Shown here: in pieces, positions 49,427-60,917 of the stretch
Layout: each line of letters starts with the position of its first letter
Position numbering within the stretch: the stretch's first letter is position 1
Virus record (IMG/VR): IMGVR_UViG_3300014038_000199
Length of the DNA stretch: 64,000 nucleotides
Direction: 5' to 3' (one strand)
Origin: a virus
Lineage: Duplodnaviria; Heunggongvirae; Uroviricota; Caudoviricetes
Made by a program: the position numbers and the translations under genes
Notes under the pieces: generated by a model
Told to the model about the DNA's origin: nothing
The model's database searches: none
What the model saw: only the letters and a program-made list of their open reading frames with translations

Positions 49427-49777
49427 ATGACAGTAAATGAAAGAATTAAAGACATAGAGATGAGGACAGGCTTATCTGAAAAAACTATAAGGGCTGTATT
49501 AAAAGCTGAAACAGATTCAGTTATGGATTCTTTAGAAAGAGGAGAAAGAGCAGTGCTAATAGGAAGATGTGCTTTTACTCCTGCTATAACTTATAGGGTT
49601 GGTGTAGATAATGAAAAAGTTTCTCATATCAGAGTATCTGCTAAAGCTTCTTCAAGAATAACCAATTATTTATTTTCTAAGAGTGAGTACATAGATAATG
49701 ATTTTGAGAGCATAGAGAAAGAGATGTTAAAATTAGATGATGATATAGTAACATTTCAAATAGAAGAGTTAGCTTAG
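49427..49777 (+). CDS. HU/IHF-like DNA-binding protein.
   Basis: MTVNERIKDIEMRTGLSEKTIRAVLKAETDSVMDSLERGERAVLIGRCAFTP parallels HU MNKTELI..IAE...LTKKDA..AVDA.....ALK.GDKVQLVGFGTF. Confidence 0.6.
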   Translation: MTVNERIKDIEMRTGLSEKTIRAVLKAETDSVMDSLERGERAVLIGRCAFTPAITYRVGVDNEKVSHIRVSAKASSRITNYLFSKSEYIDNDFESIEKEMLKLDDDIVTFQIEELA

Positions 49778-49788
49778 GAGTTAGTTAT

Positions 49789-50565
49789 ATGACATATAGA
49801 ACTCATAGGGAATTTTCAATCTGGTTTGCTTTATTATTAAACATAATAGTTTATGAGTTAAAATTAAGTAATACAAACTATTATTTGAATTTAATGGTAA
49901 TGCTATTGTTTAGTAAGCAAGGTGCTTTATTTCCTGATGTAGACCATAATTGGCAAAATGTAAAAGAAAAGACTATTGTTAATAGAGTTATAAATTTTAT
50001 AATTCATTCTACAGGTGGAAAGCATAGAAGTTGGCAGACACATAGTTTAGATATTTGGGCAATTAGTTTATTAGTGTTTATATACTTAGTAAATAAGTTA
50101 GGGTTTGAAGATAGAGCAGTAGCTTTATTAGTATTACTTGGTTTTTATGGGGGTTGGTTTAGTCACTTATTCAGTGATGCTTTAACGCTTGAGGGAATAA
50201 GAGTATTTTGTTTTAATAATAAGTTAAAGATAAGATTAGTGCCTAAGCAAGCTAATTTACAAGTGAATTTAATAATAACTTTTTTAATTGCAATCATGAG
50301 CGTATTGTATTATTTTGTTAACTTGCCAAGTAAGAATTTAGTTGCATCTATCGGTTTATTATTAGCTGTAGTTTTTGGTATATTTAGTCTTAAGATTGGA
50401 AATATTAGGTTTAGGACTGGTTTGAGTTCTTATGGAGAGAGGGATAGCAGTGGTAATAAGCTTAAACCAACTTGGGAAGATATAGTATACTCATTAACTT
50501 TAAGGGTAAACTTAGTGGTTTTTATAGTATCTATTGTATACCCTTATGCTAAATTACTTATATAG
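49789..50565 (+). CDS. YdjM/DUF457-like membrane-bound metal-dependent hydrolase.
   Basis: N-terminal THREFSIWFAL and FPDVDH motif. Polytopic. Confidence 0.45.
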   Translation: MTYRTHREFSIWFALLLNIIVYELKLSNTNYYLNLMVMLLFSKQGALFPDVDHNWQNVKEKTIVNRVINFIIHSTGGKHRSWQTHSLDIWAISLLVFIYLVNKLGFEDRAVALLVLLGFYGGWFSHLFSDALTLEGIRVFCFNNKLKIRLVPKQANLQVNLIITFLIAIMSVLYYFVNLPSKNLVASIGLLLAVVFGIFSLKIGNIRFRTGLSSYGERDSSGNKLKPTWEDIVYSLTLRVNLVVFIVSIVYPYAKLLI

Positions 50566-50576
50566 GAGAGAATAAG

Positions 50577-51398
50577 ATGAAGGGATTAATTAAAAGAATA
50601 CTGATATCCTTGTTAGTGTGTTTATTAGTACTTCCAAGCACTATAGTAGCTTTCGCTGCTGATTCAGCAACTGTTAAAGCTACTTATAATAAACTATCTG
50701 ATGATGATAAGGCTAAAATTACTTTTAGTGGGGATTCAGTAAGTGTAAACGGAGCTAATATTGCTTGTAGCAGTTCTAGTGGTCAGGGGTTAGCTCCTAT
50801 AACTTTAGGTAGCAATACATTTTATATGACGCAAGACCAGATAAATGAATTAGATACTGCACTTAATAATTTTGCAACTGCTTCAGAAAAGTTAAAAAAT
50901 GATAATGGAGCAGCCGGAGCTAAGAATAAAGTAGGAGAGTTAGAGAAACAGTTTGATGTTGGTGCTGATATGAAAAGTGCAGGTACTGCAATGAGTGGAT
51001 TCAAAGCTCCAATAGCTACTGTTATAGGCATAATTTTATATTTAGTAGTAACTTTATTTGGATTAGTTACTGCATTGGATATAGCATATATAGTTATACC
51101 ATTCATTAGGATTCTTTGTGATGAAAAGGGTCAGTTTGGAGGATTGTCTGGTAAGACATCAGACGGACAAACAAAGTTTAAGTTTATAAGTGATGAGGCA
51201 GTATATGCTGTAAAACAAAACACTATAGAAAATGGTAAAAACCCACTTGGAACATATATAATGAAAAGAATATTTGGTGTAATCATGTTGGGTATTGCAA
51301 TTTTTATGCTAGCTACAAACAATTTAAGTTTGTTAATGAAGATATCACTTAATGTAGTATCAGGAGTTATAGATTTACTTGTTACTATGGCTGGATAA
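50577..51398 (+). CDS. Secreted protein with C-terminal TM helices.
   Basis: Signal peptide LVCLLVLPSTIVAFAADS. Two C-terminal hydrophobic helices. Confidence 0.4.
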   Translation: MKGLIKRILISLLVCLLVLPSTIVAFAADSATVKATYNKLSDDDKAKITFSGDSVSVNGANIACSSSSGQGLAPITLGSNTFYMTQDQINELDTALNNFATASEKLKNDNGAAGAKNKVGELEKQFDVGADMKSAGTAMSGFKAPIATVIGIILYLVVTLFGLVTALDIAYIVIPFIRILCDEKGQFGGLSGKTSDGQTKFKFISDEAVYAVKQNTIENGKNPLGTYIMKRIFGVIMLGIAIFMLATNNLSLLMKISLNVVSGVIDLLVTMAG

Positions 51399-51404
51399 GT
51401 TTAT

Positions 51405-51440
51405 TAGGGCTAACTATTATAGGGTTAGCCCTAAATTATT
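51405..51440 (+). terminator. Hairpin with a 10-bp perfect stem and a weak T-run.
   Basis: TAGGGCTAAC-tattatagg-GTTAGCCCTA. Confidence 0.4.
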
Positions 51441-51451
51441 AGGGAGTTTAT

Positions 51452-51901
51452 ATGGATAATTATTCTGATGTGCCTTATGATGTTGATTTTGGTATACTTG
51501 ATAGGATAATAGATTTTTTAGCTAGTGCTGGAATGATGTTGTTTGGATTGATAGCTTTTTTCATATCTTTTTATATGACTTTAATAACAACATTTGATTT
51601 AATTTATATAAATTTTCCTGCATTTCAATTATTAGCTAGAAAAAGAAATTTAGATGGTAGTGAGGATATAGGAAAGTTAAAACTTAGAGTAATATCAAGA
51701 GATGCATATAGGTCAGTTTTAGAGAAAGAAACTAGCAATACATATAAGAATGTTAATTTAATATATTTTAGAAAGAGATTAGGTACTTACATAAGATTAG
51801 CTATGATTTTATCATTTTTGATACTAGGGCCTAGATTAGTAATTCCTTTAGCTAATAAAATACTAAGACCTTTATTTGAAGCTTTTAATTTAATAAAGTA
51901 A
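51452..51901 (+). CDS. Small membrane protein (2 TM).
   Basis: RBS agggag. Confidence 0.35.
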   Translation: MDNYSDVPYDVDFGILDRIIDFLASAGMMLFGLIAFFISFYMTLITTFDLIYINFPAFQLLARKRNLDGSEDIGKLKLRVISRDAYRSVLEKETSNTYKNVNLIYFRKRLGTYIRLAMILSFLILGPRLVIPLANKILRPLFEAFNLIK

Positions 51902-51931
51902 ACTCCAACAACTAAGTTGGAGTTTTTTTAA
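51901..51931 (+). terminator. Rho-independent terminator.
   Basis: AACTCCAAC-aactaa-GTTGGAGTT followed by TTTTTT. Confidence 0.7.
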
Positions 51932-51968
51932 TACTGGTTTAAGTTTATAGAGTAGGAGGATAAAAATA

Positions 51969-54611
51969 ATGAATAAAAAGATTAAAAAAATTATACTACT
52001 GTTTCCAATAGTTTTTTCTTCTATTGCAATTACTTCTTGTTCTGTAGGAGTAAATAATTTATTATCATCTTTTCAGTCTACTATACAAAGTAGAATTGCT
52101 TGGAATACAGAGCAATTAAACAGGCTTAAGAGTGTAGGTTTAATTACAGAGGGTATGTATAATGGATTAATAGAGAATATGGCAGCTAGAACTGATAGAT
52201 TATCTGAAATAAGTGAGGATAGCTTACAGACTAATGTAGCTAACATTATAAAACCAAGCTTAGCTTTTTCTATGACTACTACAAGTGACCCTTTTTCTGA
52301 AATAACAAGTGGGGATTTATCTAAATATCCTGTATTTGCTAACTATGTAGCTAATATAGATACAGTTAAAGGTTTATTGGGTAGCAATCCTGGCAATCCA
52401 GCAGATGGAATAAAAGCTCTTGAAATATTCGCTTCTAAGGATACTACTCAAGCAGCTAGTGGACAAAACTTAAATGAAATACTAAAATCTAAGATTTATG
52501 TATTAAATGCAGACATAGTAGGAAATGATTTAAGTGATATAGCAATAGCAATGAATACTATAAAAGAGTTTAAGGACAAGAAAGATTTAACTCCTGAAGA
52601 GAAAGACAAATTAGATAAAGCAAGAACTTGGTTAGCATATTTCAAAGAAACTGATATGAGTTTATTAGATGGTAACACAAGTTTAACTAGAATAACTACT
52701 CCTAATGATAAAGCTTATGAAATAGCTACGGGTGATTCTATACCTGATGGTTCAGATGAGTCCTTAAATAACCCTGAAGATGGTAAGGATTTAGTTATAT
52801 TTTCTGATACTGTACCTGTAATGGGTTTAAGAGTGCAAGAGTTAGATAATAAAGTTATAGATAACATATTAAAACAAGTAAATGATGCTGGTGATAGTTA
52901 TTTGATAGACTATATAAATGGAGATAAGAACCAAGGTGCTAGGATTTATAAAATGTATTACCCTGTAAGCTATGTAGATAGTGTAAGTTGGGATAGTAAT
53001 ACTTCTAAAACTAAAATAGAAACAAAAGAAAGTGAATATATTAATGTTAACATAATGACTGGTAAGGTCAATTTAATTAAGGATAATGATTATTACAAAC
53101 CAGATGAGTTAAAAGAAATAGAGGCATTATATAATGTACTTGGAAACTCTGATAATGAGAGTAGTTTTACTGTGTGGAGTAAAGATAAATTTAAGGAAAC
53201 TCATAACGGAGTAGAAACTGAGTTTGAAAGCAATACAATATTATTAAAAGACTATTTAGAATATACTTATTTACCTGGATTTATCACTAATGAAAATTAT
53301 GGTGCTTTAGGTAGAAAAATCCGTTTATATGGAATACAAAATGATGGTTCATTCAAAGATAAAACTATTATAGGAAAGTTTATAGATAAGTTAGGAGCAC
53401 CTGTTTCTGGGGCAGAGCCATTAAGATTGGATGATTTAATAGATAATAAATCAGGAAATAAAGATAACGATAAAAAAGCAATAAAATTAACTGGCACTTC
53501 TGGAGGTGGAACTACTTTAAGGACTCCTGGAGGAACTCCTATATATTCTGGAGGAACTTGGAGTCAAGTAACAGTAGGAGGTGGTGTTAATACTACCCAT
53601 TGGACTTATACAAGAGCAGATAATACATTATTAAAAGACGGATGGGCTTATATTGATAGTGATGGAGATGGAAAAGCAGAGTGTTATTACTTTGAGAATG
53701 GTAAGATGGCAGCCTCTAAGACTGTAGATGGATATGAGTTAAATTCTGATGGACAATGGGTAGAGAATGGAGTTGTAAAACAATATGATATAGCCGCTAA
53801 TAATTCAGCTAATAACAATAGCAGTACTGGTTTAGCTTCTGATATGAATAAAGCTAAGTTTAATAATATAGAGTTTGCAGATACAATACATCCTACTTCT
53901 GTATTTCCTATAAGTTCTGATGATTTTAGTATAGCAGGTACAGATGGTAAAGAAAATGGAAACCCTAACTCAAGGTTGATACATTATGGAATCTTTGTAA
54001 ATGTTAATCTATATAAATCACAAATGTATAGTGGTTGGCTAGATACATTAGGAGAGGGTAGTGGAGGCTCTTTGAACTGGTGGAACAGTTGGCTTAGAAA
54101 GGCTAAATTTACATATAGCATAGATAAAAATAAACTTGCTGAGTATTTGAATGTTAATTTTACTGCTGACACTACCGATTCAGATAAAGATGCTGTTGTA
54201 CTAGATAAAAATACATTAATGGCTATACAACAGCAAATATCAAAAGAGACTCGAAATGATTTTATAAATACCATTAGAACTTGGTTTGTAGCTTTAGGAT
54301 TTATGTGTTTTGTTTATGGGATAGCTTTAGTGGGTGCTTGGGCTTTAGATGTTAATACTATGTTAGCTTTCAAGTTATTAGGCATATTAACATTTGGAAA
54401 GTGTATAGCAGTATCTGATGATATAGATAAGCCTAATACAGATAATGGAAAATTATATATGACTTTTGCTGGAGTTATGTTCAGATTAATAGCATTAGCT
54501 GGTCTAGGAATAATACTAATAAATGTAGATTTCTTAGTAGTTGTAGGTAATATGTATAATGCTATAAAGAATTTAACTGATTTTATAAGTAAAGGTTTAT
54601 TCGGAGCATAG
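51969..54611 (+). CDS. Large (880 aa) lipoprotein with a cell-wall-binding-type repeat and C-terminal TM helices.
   Basis: Lipobox IAITSCSV. GWAYIDSDGDGKAECYYFENGKMAASKTVDGYELNSDGQWV repeat. C-terminal helices FVALGFMCFVYGIALVGAWAL and LIALAGLGIILINV. Confidence 0.5.
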   Translation: MNKKIKKIILLFPIVFSSIAITSCSVGVNNLLSSFQSTIQSRIAWNTEQLNRLKSVGLITEGMYNGLIENMAARTDRLSEISEDSLQTNVANIIKPSLAFSMTTTSDPFSEITSGDLSKYPVFANYVANIDTVKGLLGSNPGNPADGIKALEIFASKDTTQAASGQNLNEILKSKIYVLNADIVGNDLSDIAIAMNTIKEFKDKKDLTPEEKDKLDKARTWLAYFKETDMSLLDGNTSLTRITTPNDKAYEIATGDSIPDGSDESLNNPEDGKDLVIFSDTVPVMGLRVQELDNKVIDNILKQVNDAGDSYLIDYINGDKNQGARIYKMYYPVSYVDSVSWDSNTSKTKIETKESEYINVNIMTGKVNLIKDNDYYKPDELKEIEALYNVLGNSDNESSFTVWSKDKFKETHNGVETEFESNTILLKDYLEYTYLPGFITNENYGALGRKIRLYGIQNDGSFKDKTIIGKFIDKLGAPVSGAEPLRLDDLIDNKSGNKDNDKKAIKLTGTSGGGTTLRTPGGTPIYSGGTWSQVTVGGGVNTTHWTYTRADNTLLKDGWAYIDSDGDGKAECYYFENGKMAASKTVDGYELNSDGQWVENGVVKQYDIAANNSANNNSSTGLASDMNKAKFNNIEFADTIHPTSVFPISSDDFSIAGTDGKENGNPNSRLIHYGIFVNVNLYKSQMYSGWLDTLGEGSGGSLNWWNSWLRKAKFTYSIDKNKLAEYLNVNFTADTTDSDKDAVVLDKNTLMAIQQQISKETRNDFINTIRTWFVALGFMCFVYGIALVGAWALDVNTMLAFKLLGILTFGKCIAVSDDIDKPNTDNGKLYMTFAGVMFRLIALAGLGIILINVDFLVVVGNMYNAIKNLTDFISKGLFGA

Positions 54612-54622
54612 GGAGGTATATT

Positions 54623-57600
54623 TTGAGAGATTTAGATAAATTTAAGTTAAGGATAGCCAGTTTTTTTCTTGTCAGTGCTAATATATTAAACTTAATAGCA
54701 CCTATACAAGTTAAAGCAGTTGACTTCAGTTCTCAACTAAGTAGTAATGAAGCTTTAGGATCTCCTTTGTTAAATGAGAGTACTTGGGAAGAGGGAGATT
54801 GGAACAGATGGGAGACTGTTGCTTTTGGAGTATTCTTAAGTAATTTTCCTGTACCTTTTGTAGATGATTATATGACTTCTTTCCAAGATACTGGAGCTGG
54901 TTCAAATGGATATGGATTAAATGCATTGAAATACGGTAGTGGAAATGACAGTCAAGCAAACAAGGTTTTAACTAATCTTTTAAGTTTTGCAATAAAAGAC
55001 CAATCACAATCCTTATCTAATATAAAGGTGAGATATCATAAAATAGACAATCATTTTGTAGATAGTTTAGAGGGAGAGTTAAAAGATGATGGAGCAGATG
55101 CAAAATTAAAGGATTTGTTTATTGGCATAGGAGATGGCGGAGATACTGAACCACATATCAAAAGAACAACTGTAGATGACAGCTCTTTTACTCAAACTTT
55201 TAAGTATTTTTCTTTTGATGAAATGGTATTGCCTGAATTTTATATTACTACCACTAACGGACCTGTCCAGATATTTGATTACAGAGATGGATATGATATA
55301 CAAATGTTTTCTTTGAATTTAGCTAGGGTAGCTAATTCAATACATAAAGAGAAAGTAATATCAACTATAGATTCTATGATGGAAAGTCCCATAGGATTTG
55401 ATGTTTATGGGAATATATGTATACAGAATGATGGTAAAAACATAGTAGTACTTCCAGCTTCAGCTAATCAACATTTAACAAATGAAAAACAATATAATTT
55501 ACTTACTTCCACTATGATGCTTGGTTCGTATACTTCTAAAAGTGGAGATGGATTAGTAGGAGATTTTCTTAGTAATAAAAGAGGAATTTTAGAAGGCATT
55601 ACTTCTAATGGAGGTGGTAGTTTAGTTTATACTTCTTTAGACAGAGATGATTTAGGAAAAGTTATAATGTATAGTGATACAGATGTTGCTTTGTATCAAC
55701 TAGCTAAGTCAAAAGTAACTGTAGATAAAAGTTTTACTGATGTTATTAAAGAGTATGTAGGAGATAAGGATACTTTTGGTTTTGTTACTGGTGAGGCTAT
55801 ATATGAACTTGCCAATGCTGACTCTATAGATAATAAGATAGGATTACCATTCAAAATAGAAGTAATTGGAACTGAGGGAGATGTAACTTGGACGGATAAG
55901 CTACTTAACGGTCTTAGTTCTGCTAGTTCAACATCTTCTGATAAAATAACAAATACAGTTAAAGCAAGTAATTTTTTAGCCAATATATATCCAACTAAAC
56001 CAACTAACAATATTCTTAATAATATGTTTACTTTATCTGGTAAGGCAACATTATTCGGAGAGTCAGATAAGCAGTATATGGGTGTAGGAATGAGGTCGGG
56101 TAACGGATTAAGAGTTTATGCTAGATACATTAACTACGCATTGAAATATCTTAATACTAAGGTAGTTAGAAATATATCTGGTAATACTTCTTCAAATTGG
56201 GGAGTACCTAGCCAATCAGACTTTGTAAGTAGAGTAAGAGGTACTAAAGACCCGAAAGAGGCGGCTCAGGCTATATTTTCTAATGTATCTCCTGTAACTG
56301 GGGATGCCTTAGGTGATACTATGCCAATGAATGGGCTGTTCAAACATTGGGCTGTCTATGAGAGCGGATATGCTAAAGGGAAGAACTATTCAGATAATAA
56401 GATAGCTAACTTAAAAGCACAAGATACTTATTCCAGTGGTGGGCTATTCTTTGGAAATGATTTTCAGAATTTAACTAATATACAAGGAATAGGTGAGATG
56501 CAAGATAGCTTTTTTAGAACCGCTGCCTTATATGGTTTTAACAGTTCTGCTATAACAGCTTCTAATGTATTAAATGTAGTAGAGGGAACTGAATTTGCAA
56601 GCTTTACTCCGTATATTTATTTATCTTACTTAACTTTTTACGGTGTAGTAGATGGTAAGAGTTATTTTAATCCTAACATATTTACTGGTGACTTATTAGC
56701 AAGAAAGGGTGAGGATATAGCAAAGGGTGCTGTATTAACTGCTGAGGCTAAAAAAGAGTTAATGGAAAATTATATGTTTAACTTGTTAGATCCTGAAAGT
56801 GGAGCAGAGTACAGAAAGAAATTAATAAGTAACTTCATGACTGAATTTTTGTATGATAATTATAGAAAGATAGTTTATGGGAATACTGAGGGTTATATTG
56901 CTAGTGCTGTTAGTTCCAGTGGAGATGAGGGATTTTTAAGAGTTAATACTATCAGTGAAAATATGTTTATTGGTGGCTTAGCCAAGTTTTATGTTAAAAA
57001 TTTCTTAGTTATATTTGCTGTACTATTGTTAGTAGCTTTTATAATGGCAATATTTAGTGGGCATGGAATACTTAAGATAGTAGGAATAACTATATTATTT
57101 GCTGTAACAATGGCTATGAGTCCCACTTTACTTGATATTACACCTGCAATATGTAATAGAGTAGTACAAGACTTGTTTTCTTCTAATATGACCTATTGGG
57201 TTATAGCAGAAAGTATAGATAGTGATAGAATAGATGTAGCCAATGGTTCTGATAACGATAAAGAAGTAAATACATTTATAAGAATGTTGAACATCTCACA
57301 ATATGATAAAACAATATTAATAAAGAATGACATATCAAAAAAGGTAGTTGAAACAATACCTGGAGTTGATATGACAAAGATACAAAGATTGAAAACTACC
57401 AGATGGATATTCCCAATGTTAATGAGGCAATTTAGTGCAAATGATGGCTCTGCTGATTATGTATCTGTACCTTTAATAGACCAATATAGGAATATGCATA
57501 ATTTATATTGGTTGTATAGGAGCAATGATAAAATTAAATTAGATTTAAGTAATGACACTACTTATAGCGCCAAGCTTGCAGGAGATTTAGGAGCAGGACA

Positions 57601-59641
57601 AATAAGTGGAGTAAGTAATAGTGCTGACATATTAGATTTATCTGCTAAACAGTCTATATTTGGAGGATATACAAATACCAGAGGTGATTCTAATGAATTA
57701 GACCATCATGCTATTAACAGATACAACAATGAAGATATAAATAATTTGCATACTTCATTTTATTTAATGAATTTTGGAACTAAATTAACAATTCCAAACC
57801 CGTCAGATTTTAGTGAATTATCTACTGGCATATCAGAAACAGGCTTAAATAAAGATAATTGGGATAAATATGCAGATTACATAGCTGTAAATGGAGTAAC
57901 ATCTTTAGGGTTTATGAATAACTTAGTTACTATAACTAATGAAGATATACTGCCCAACTTAGGTAAATATAACAGTTATAATGAGCCAATTTATAATTAT
58001 TACGGTTACTTATGGATGACTGAAAACCCAATGCCATATTTTTATATAAATGTTAAAGATACATTCAATTCTGATATGACTTTAGGAAAGTTAGTTTATG
58101 AGTTACAAGGATACAATGCTGACATCTTAGAAACAGACGGAACTATTAAAAAAGAAAACGCAAGACATAATTTCATGCATGATGATAGAAATGGTGCTAT
58201 AAGAGATTTTATGGATATGGAGGAATTTTTTACTAATGTATTGCCATATATGTATAATGTTCAGATAATAGCTGGTGGAGATGGTAGTAACAATGGAGCC
58301 TTTGGAGATGCAGAGATAGGAGATGTGTATAGTTATTATACCAAAAATAAGAAGTCTTGGTTGTTTAGGAGTAATTGGTTAACTAAGATAGAAGAGGCTA
58401 AAGCCTTTAATAAACAGGATAGAATAGGATATTTAGATGATAAAGGTGAGAAAAAGTTTGTAAAAATAACGGGTTCACTTCATCCTACGAGTTATATTAA
58501 GTATAGACCTATGATATTTTCAGAATCACAAATGAAAGAGTTAGGGTTAGAGAAAGCGGACTTATCATATACTGAAAATCAGATACTAAAATTCAATAAA
58601 GCTATTGAAAAAGAGTGGACTTTACTGATAAATTATGCAAACAGTGGGGGAATGAAAGCAGATACTTTATATAGACAGATGGCTTTAAGTGCTACCTTAA
58701 AATTCAGTAAGTATTTCAGTACAAGTGATGTTATAGAGGGTAAAACATTATATCCTAACACATTAGACTTAAGGAATATGTCCTTTGATGCAGTAATGAA
58801 GTTAATTTATATGGGAGCAACTAAAAATGCAAGTGTAATATATAAAGATACCATGCAAGTAGTAATAGAAAATGGAGATATTTTCGGAGGTATTATTCTT
58901 TTATTAGATGCAATCTTATGTAGTAAGTTAATACCAATAGTAAGAGATTTTGGTTTAGCTTTTGTAACATTGCTTTTAGTATTTAAGATTATAGTTGATA
59001 TAATACTTCAACAAGATAGCAAAAACAAGTATATGCTTGGTGCTTTGATAATTTATTTGAAGTGTGCAATTTTTACTTTAATGTTTTATGGGGTATTTAA
59101 GCTTATAATGGTAGTATCTTCTCCTAATCAAGTGTTATCTTCCTCTGGTATATCGGGTATATCTCATAATGCATGGTGGTATAACTTAATTATATTATTT
59201 GGTTGCTTAGGATATATTTTTTTATTAGGAAATAACATAATAAAGTTTACTTGGGTGCATAGAAGAGATATGGGCTTAGAGGCTAGTCTAAATAGTTTAG
59301 GTAATATAGCTACTGGAATTACAGGAGGATTTAGTAGTGTATCGGATGCTATAGGAAATTACTTCGGTTCTTTTTCAGCCAGTGCAAGTGGAACTAGTTC
59401 GATTGGAGAAAGCGAGATTACAACCGTATCTATATTAGATGAAAGCTATAATTATAGTAGAGTTGCTACGGAAGATAGAAGAAAATCTGATATTTCAGAA
59501 AATGATTTCTTAGATGACAGTAGTTCTGCTATGAGTTCTAAGGAGCAAAAGATGGCTGGCTGGGGTTCTTCTGATATAGATAAGAGTATTGAGAGAGGAG
59601 AGGAAAAGAACAGTTCAGATAAGGAGGAAAGCATTGAATAG
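54623..59641 (+). CDS. Giant (1672 aa) polytopic membrane protein with large extracytoplasmic domains (VirB6/TcpH-like role possible).
   Basis: TTG start with agggagg. N-terminal anchor. TM cluster near residues ~985-1060 and about 5 TM near ~1430-1580. Ser-rich acidic C-terminal tail. Confidence 0.5.
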   Translation: MRDLDKFKLRIASFFLVSANILNLIAPIQVKAVDFSSQLSSNEALGSPLLNESTWEEGDWNRWETVAFGVFLSNFPVPFVDDYMTSFQDTGAGSNGYGLNALKYGSGNDSQANKVLTNLLSFAIKDQSQSLSNIKVRYHKIDNHFVDSLEGELKDDGADAKLKDLFIGIGDGGDTEPHIKRTTVDDSSFTQTFKYFSFDEMVLPEFYITTTNGPVQIFDYRDGYDIQMFSLNLARVANSIHKEKVISTIDSMMESPIGFDVYGNICIQNDGKNIVVLPASANQHLTNEKQYNLLTSTMMLGSYTSKSGDGLVGDFLSNKRGILEGITSNGGGSLVYTSLDRDDLGKVIMYSDTDVALYQLAKSKVTVDKSFTDVIKEYVGDKDTFGFVTGEAIYELANADSIDNKIGLPFKIEVIGTEGDVTWTDKLLNGLSSASSTSSDKITNTVKASNFLANIYPTKPTNNILNNMFTLSGKATLFGESDKQYMGVGMRSGNGLRVYARYINYALKYLNTKVVRNISGNTSSNWGVPSQSDFVSRVRGTKDPKEAAQAIFSNVSPVTGDALGDTMPMNGLFKHWAVYESGYAKGKNYSDNKIANLKAQDTYSSGGLFFGNDFQNLTNIQGIGEMQDSFFRTAALYGFNSSAITASNVLNVVEGTEFASFTPYIYLSYLTFYGVVDGKSYFNPNIFTGDLLARKGEDIAKGAVLTAEAKKELMENYMFNLLDPESGAEYRKKLISNFMTEFLYDNYRKIVYGNTEGYIASAVSSSGDEGFLRVNTISENMFIGGLAKFYVKNFLVIFAVLLLVAFIMAIFSGHGILKIVGITILFAVTMAMSPTLLDITPAICNRVVQDLFSSNMTYWVIAESIDSDRIDVANGSDNDKEVNTFIRMLNISQYDKTILIKNDISKKVVETIPGVDMTKIQRLKTTRWIFPMLMRQFSANDGSADYVSVPLIDQYRNMHNLYWLYRSNDKIKLDLSNDTTYSAKLAGDLGAGQISGVSNSADILDLSAKQSIFGGYTNTRGDSNELDHHAINRYNNEDINNLHTSFYLMNFGTKLTIPNPSDFSELSTGISETGLNKDNWDKYADYIAVNGVTSLGFMNNLVTITNEDILPNLGKYNSYNEPIYNYYGYLWMTENPMPYFYINVKDTFNSDMTLGKLVYELQGYNADILETDGTIKKENARHNFMHDDRNGAIRDFMDMEEFFTNVLPYMYNVQIIAGGDGSNNGAFGDAEIGDVYSYYTKNKKSWLFRSNWLTKIEEAKAFNKQDRIGYLDDKGEKKFVKITGSLHPTSYIKYRPMIFSESQMKELGLEKADLSYTENQILKFNKAIEKEWTLLINYANSGGMKADTLYRQMALSATLKFSKYFSTSDVIEGKTLYPNTLDLRNMSFDAVMKLIYMGATKNASVIYKDTMQVVIENGDIFGGIILLLDAILCSKLIPIVRDFGLAFVTLLLVFKIIVDIILQQDSKNKYMLGALIIYLKCAIFTLMFYGVFKLIMVVSSPNQVLSSSGISGISHNAWWYNLIILFGCLGYIFLLGNNIIKFTWVHRRDMGLEASLNSLGNIATGITGGFSSVSDAIGNYFGSFSASASGTSSIGESEITTVSILDESYNYSRVATEDRRKSDISENDFLDDSSSAMSSKEQKMAGWGSSDIDKSIERGEEKNSSDKEESIE

Positions 59642-60917
59642 TGAGAGATTAAAGCTTAACAGAAGTAGGGATAAGATGTTTATCCCTATGAATGTTGAGG
59701 GTGGTGGATACGATGAAAAGTTCTTAAATACCACAAAGATATTAACTATAGTAAGTATAGCTGTAACTTGGGTAGTTGTTGTAACTTGGTTAAATTCCTT
59801 GCAAAATGCTACTATATTATTCAAGTTTATAAGTTTATTTGTATTATTTTTTATAACATCTTTGTTAGTAAGGTTTGTTATTTTTGAAGAGAGTTACTTT
59901 TATAAGATGTATAAGAAAACACTAACTTATAAAAACCCAACTAGTGATGTATTTTGGAACATATCAAGTATTAAAGATACACCTAATGGTTCAATCCTTT
60001 TATTTTCAGACTTAAAAATTGGTGTTTTAATTAAATTAAAAAGGGGTTCAATCATAGGAAAGAATCAAGATTTCAGAGAACAGCATTACGATGCTGTTTC
60101 TGATTTCCTTAGTGAGATAGTAGGTAGAAGATATAGCTTTGTTCATTTGAATATGATGGAAAGAGCAGATAATGATGATAGATTAGACAGGTTAGGGCTG
60201 TTTATAGGTCAAACAACCAATCCAAACATGAAAAGGTTACTTGAATTACAGCTAGGGCATTTAAGAAACACTACTAGAAATGGTTTATATGAGAGTGATT
60301 ATTATTTAATCTATACTGACAGAGCGGATAGGTTAGATAGCATAATGAGGGATATAGAAGATTGCCTTGAATTTGTTTTAGATGGTTCTTATACAGGATA
60401 TTTTGAGTTAGATAAGAAAGAAACAGTAGATGTGCATAAAGAATTAATAGGGGTATCCTATTTTGATTATAATAATGCTACTGTAAATACTTTTAGGGAG
60501 TATCAAATTGATGATAACCCTGCTATAACACTTAAAAAGTTAAATTTAGCTAATGGTTCTGTAATAGAATTAAGTAAAAATGATGATGCATTTTTAAGAA
60601 AGTTAGCATCAGATATAGATGCCAATAATTATTCTGATATAGCTGTATTAAAGAAATTAACTGATAATAGAAATATGGATTACAGGTTAAGGTCTAATAT
60701 AGATTTAGAGAAGTATAATAAAAAAGAAACTAAGAGCAATAAAAACAAAGAGATAAACATAAATTTATTAGATAATATTGATTTAGTTTCATTAGAAACT
60801 GAGGAAATGACTAAGAACTTAAGTAATAGTGTTCATAGCATTAAAAAAGAAGAAGAAAGTATAGAAGATTTAATAAACAGTTTAAGTGATGAGGATGACG
60901 AGGAGATAAGTCTATGA
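59634..60917 (+). CDS. N-terminally anchored membrane protein.
   Basis: Start re-assigned to the TTG at 59634, which has an aaggagg RBS and overlaps the upstream stop by 8 bp. Two TM helices (ILTIVSIAVTWVVVVTWL, FISLFVLFFITSLLVRFVIF). Confidence 0.4.
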   Translation: MNSERLKLNRSRDKMFIPMNVEGGGYDEKFLNTTKILTIVSIAVTWVVVVTWLNSLQNATILFKFISLFVLFFITSLLVRFVIFEESYFYKMYKKTLTYKNPTSDVFWNISSIKDTPNGSILLFSDLKIGVLIKLKRGSIIGKNQDFREQHYDAVSDFLSEIVGRRYSFVHLNMMERADNDDRLDRLGLFIGQTTNPNMKRLLELQLGHLRNTTRNGLYESDYYLIYTDRADRLDSIMRDIEDCLEFVLDGSYTGYFELDKKETVDVHKELIGVSYFDYNNATVNTFREYQIDDNPAITLKKLNLANGSVIELSKNDDAFLRKLASDIDANNYSDIAVLKKLTDNRNMDYRLRSNIDLEKYNKKETKSNKNKEININLLDNIDLVSLETEEMTKNLSNSVHSIKKEEESIEDLINSLSDEDDEEISL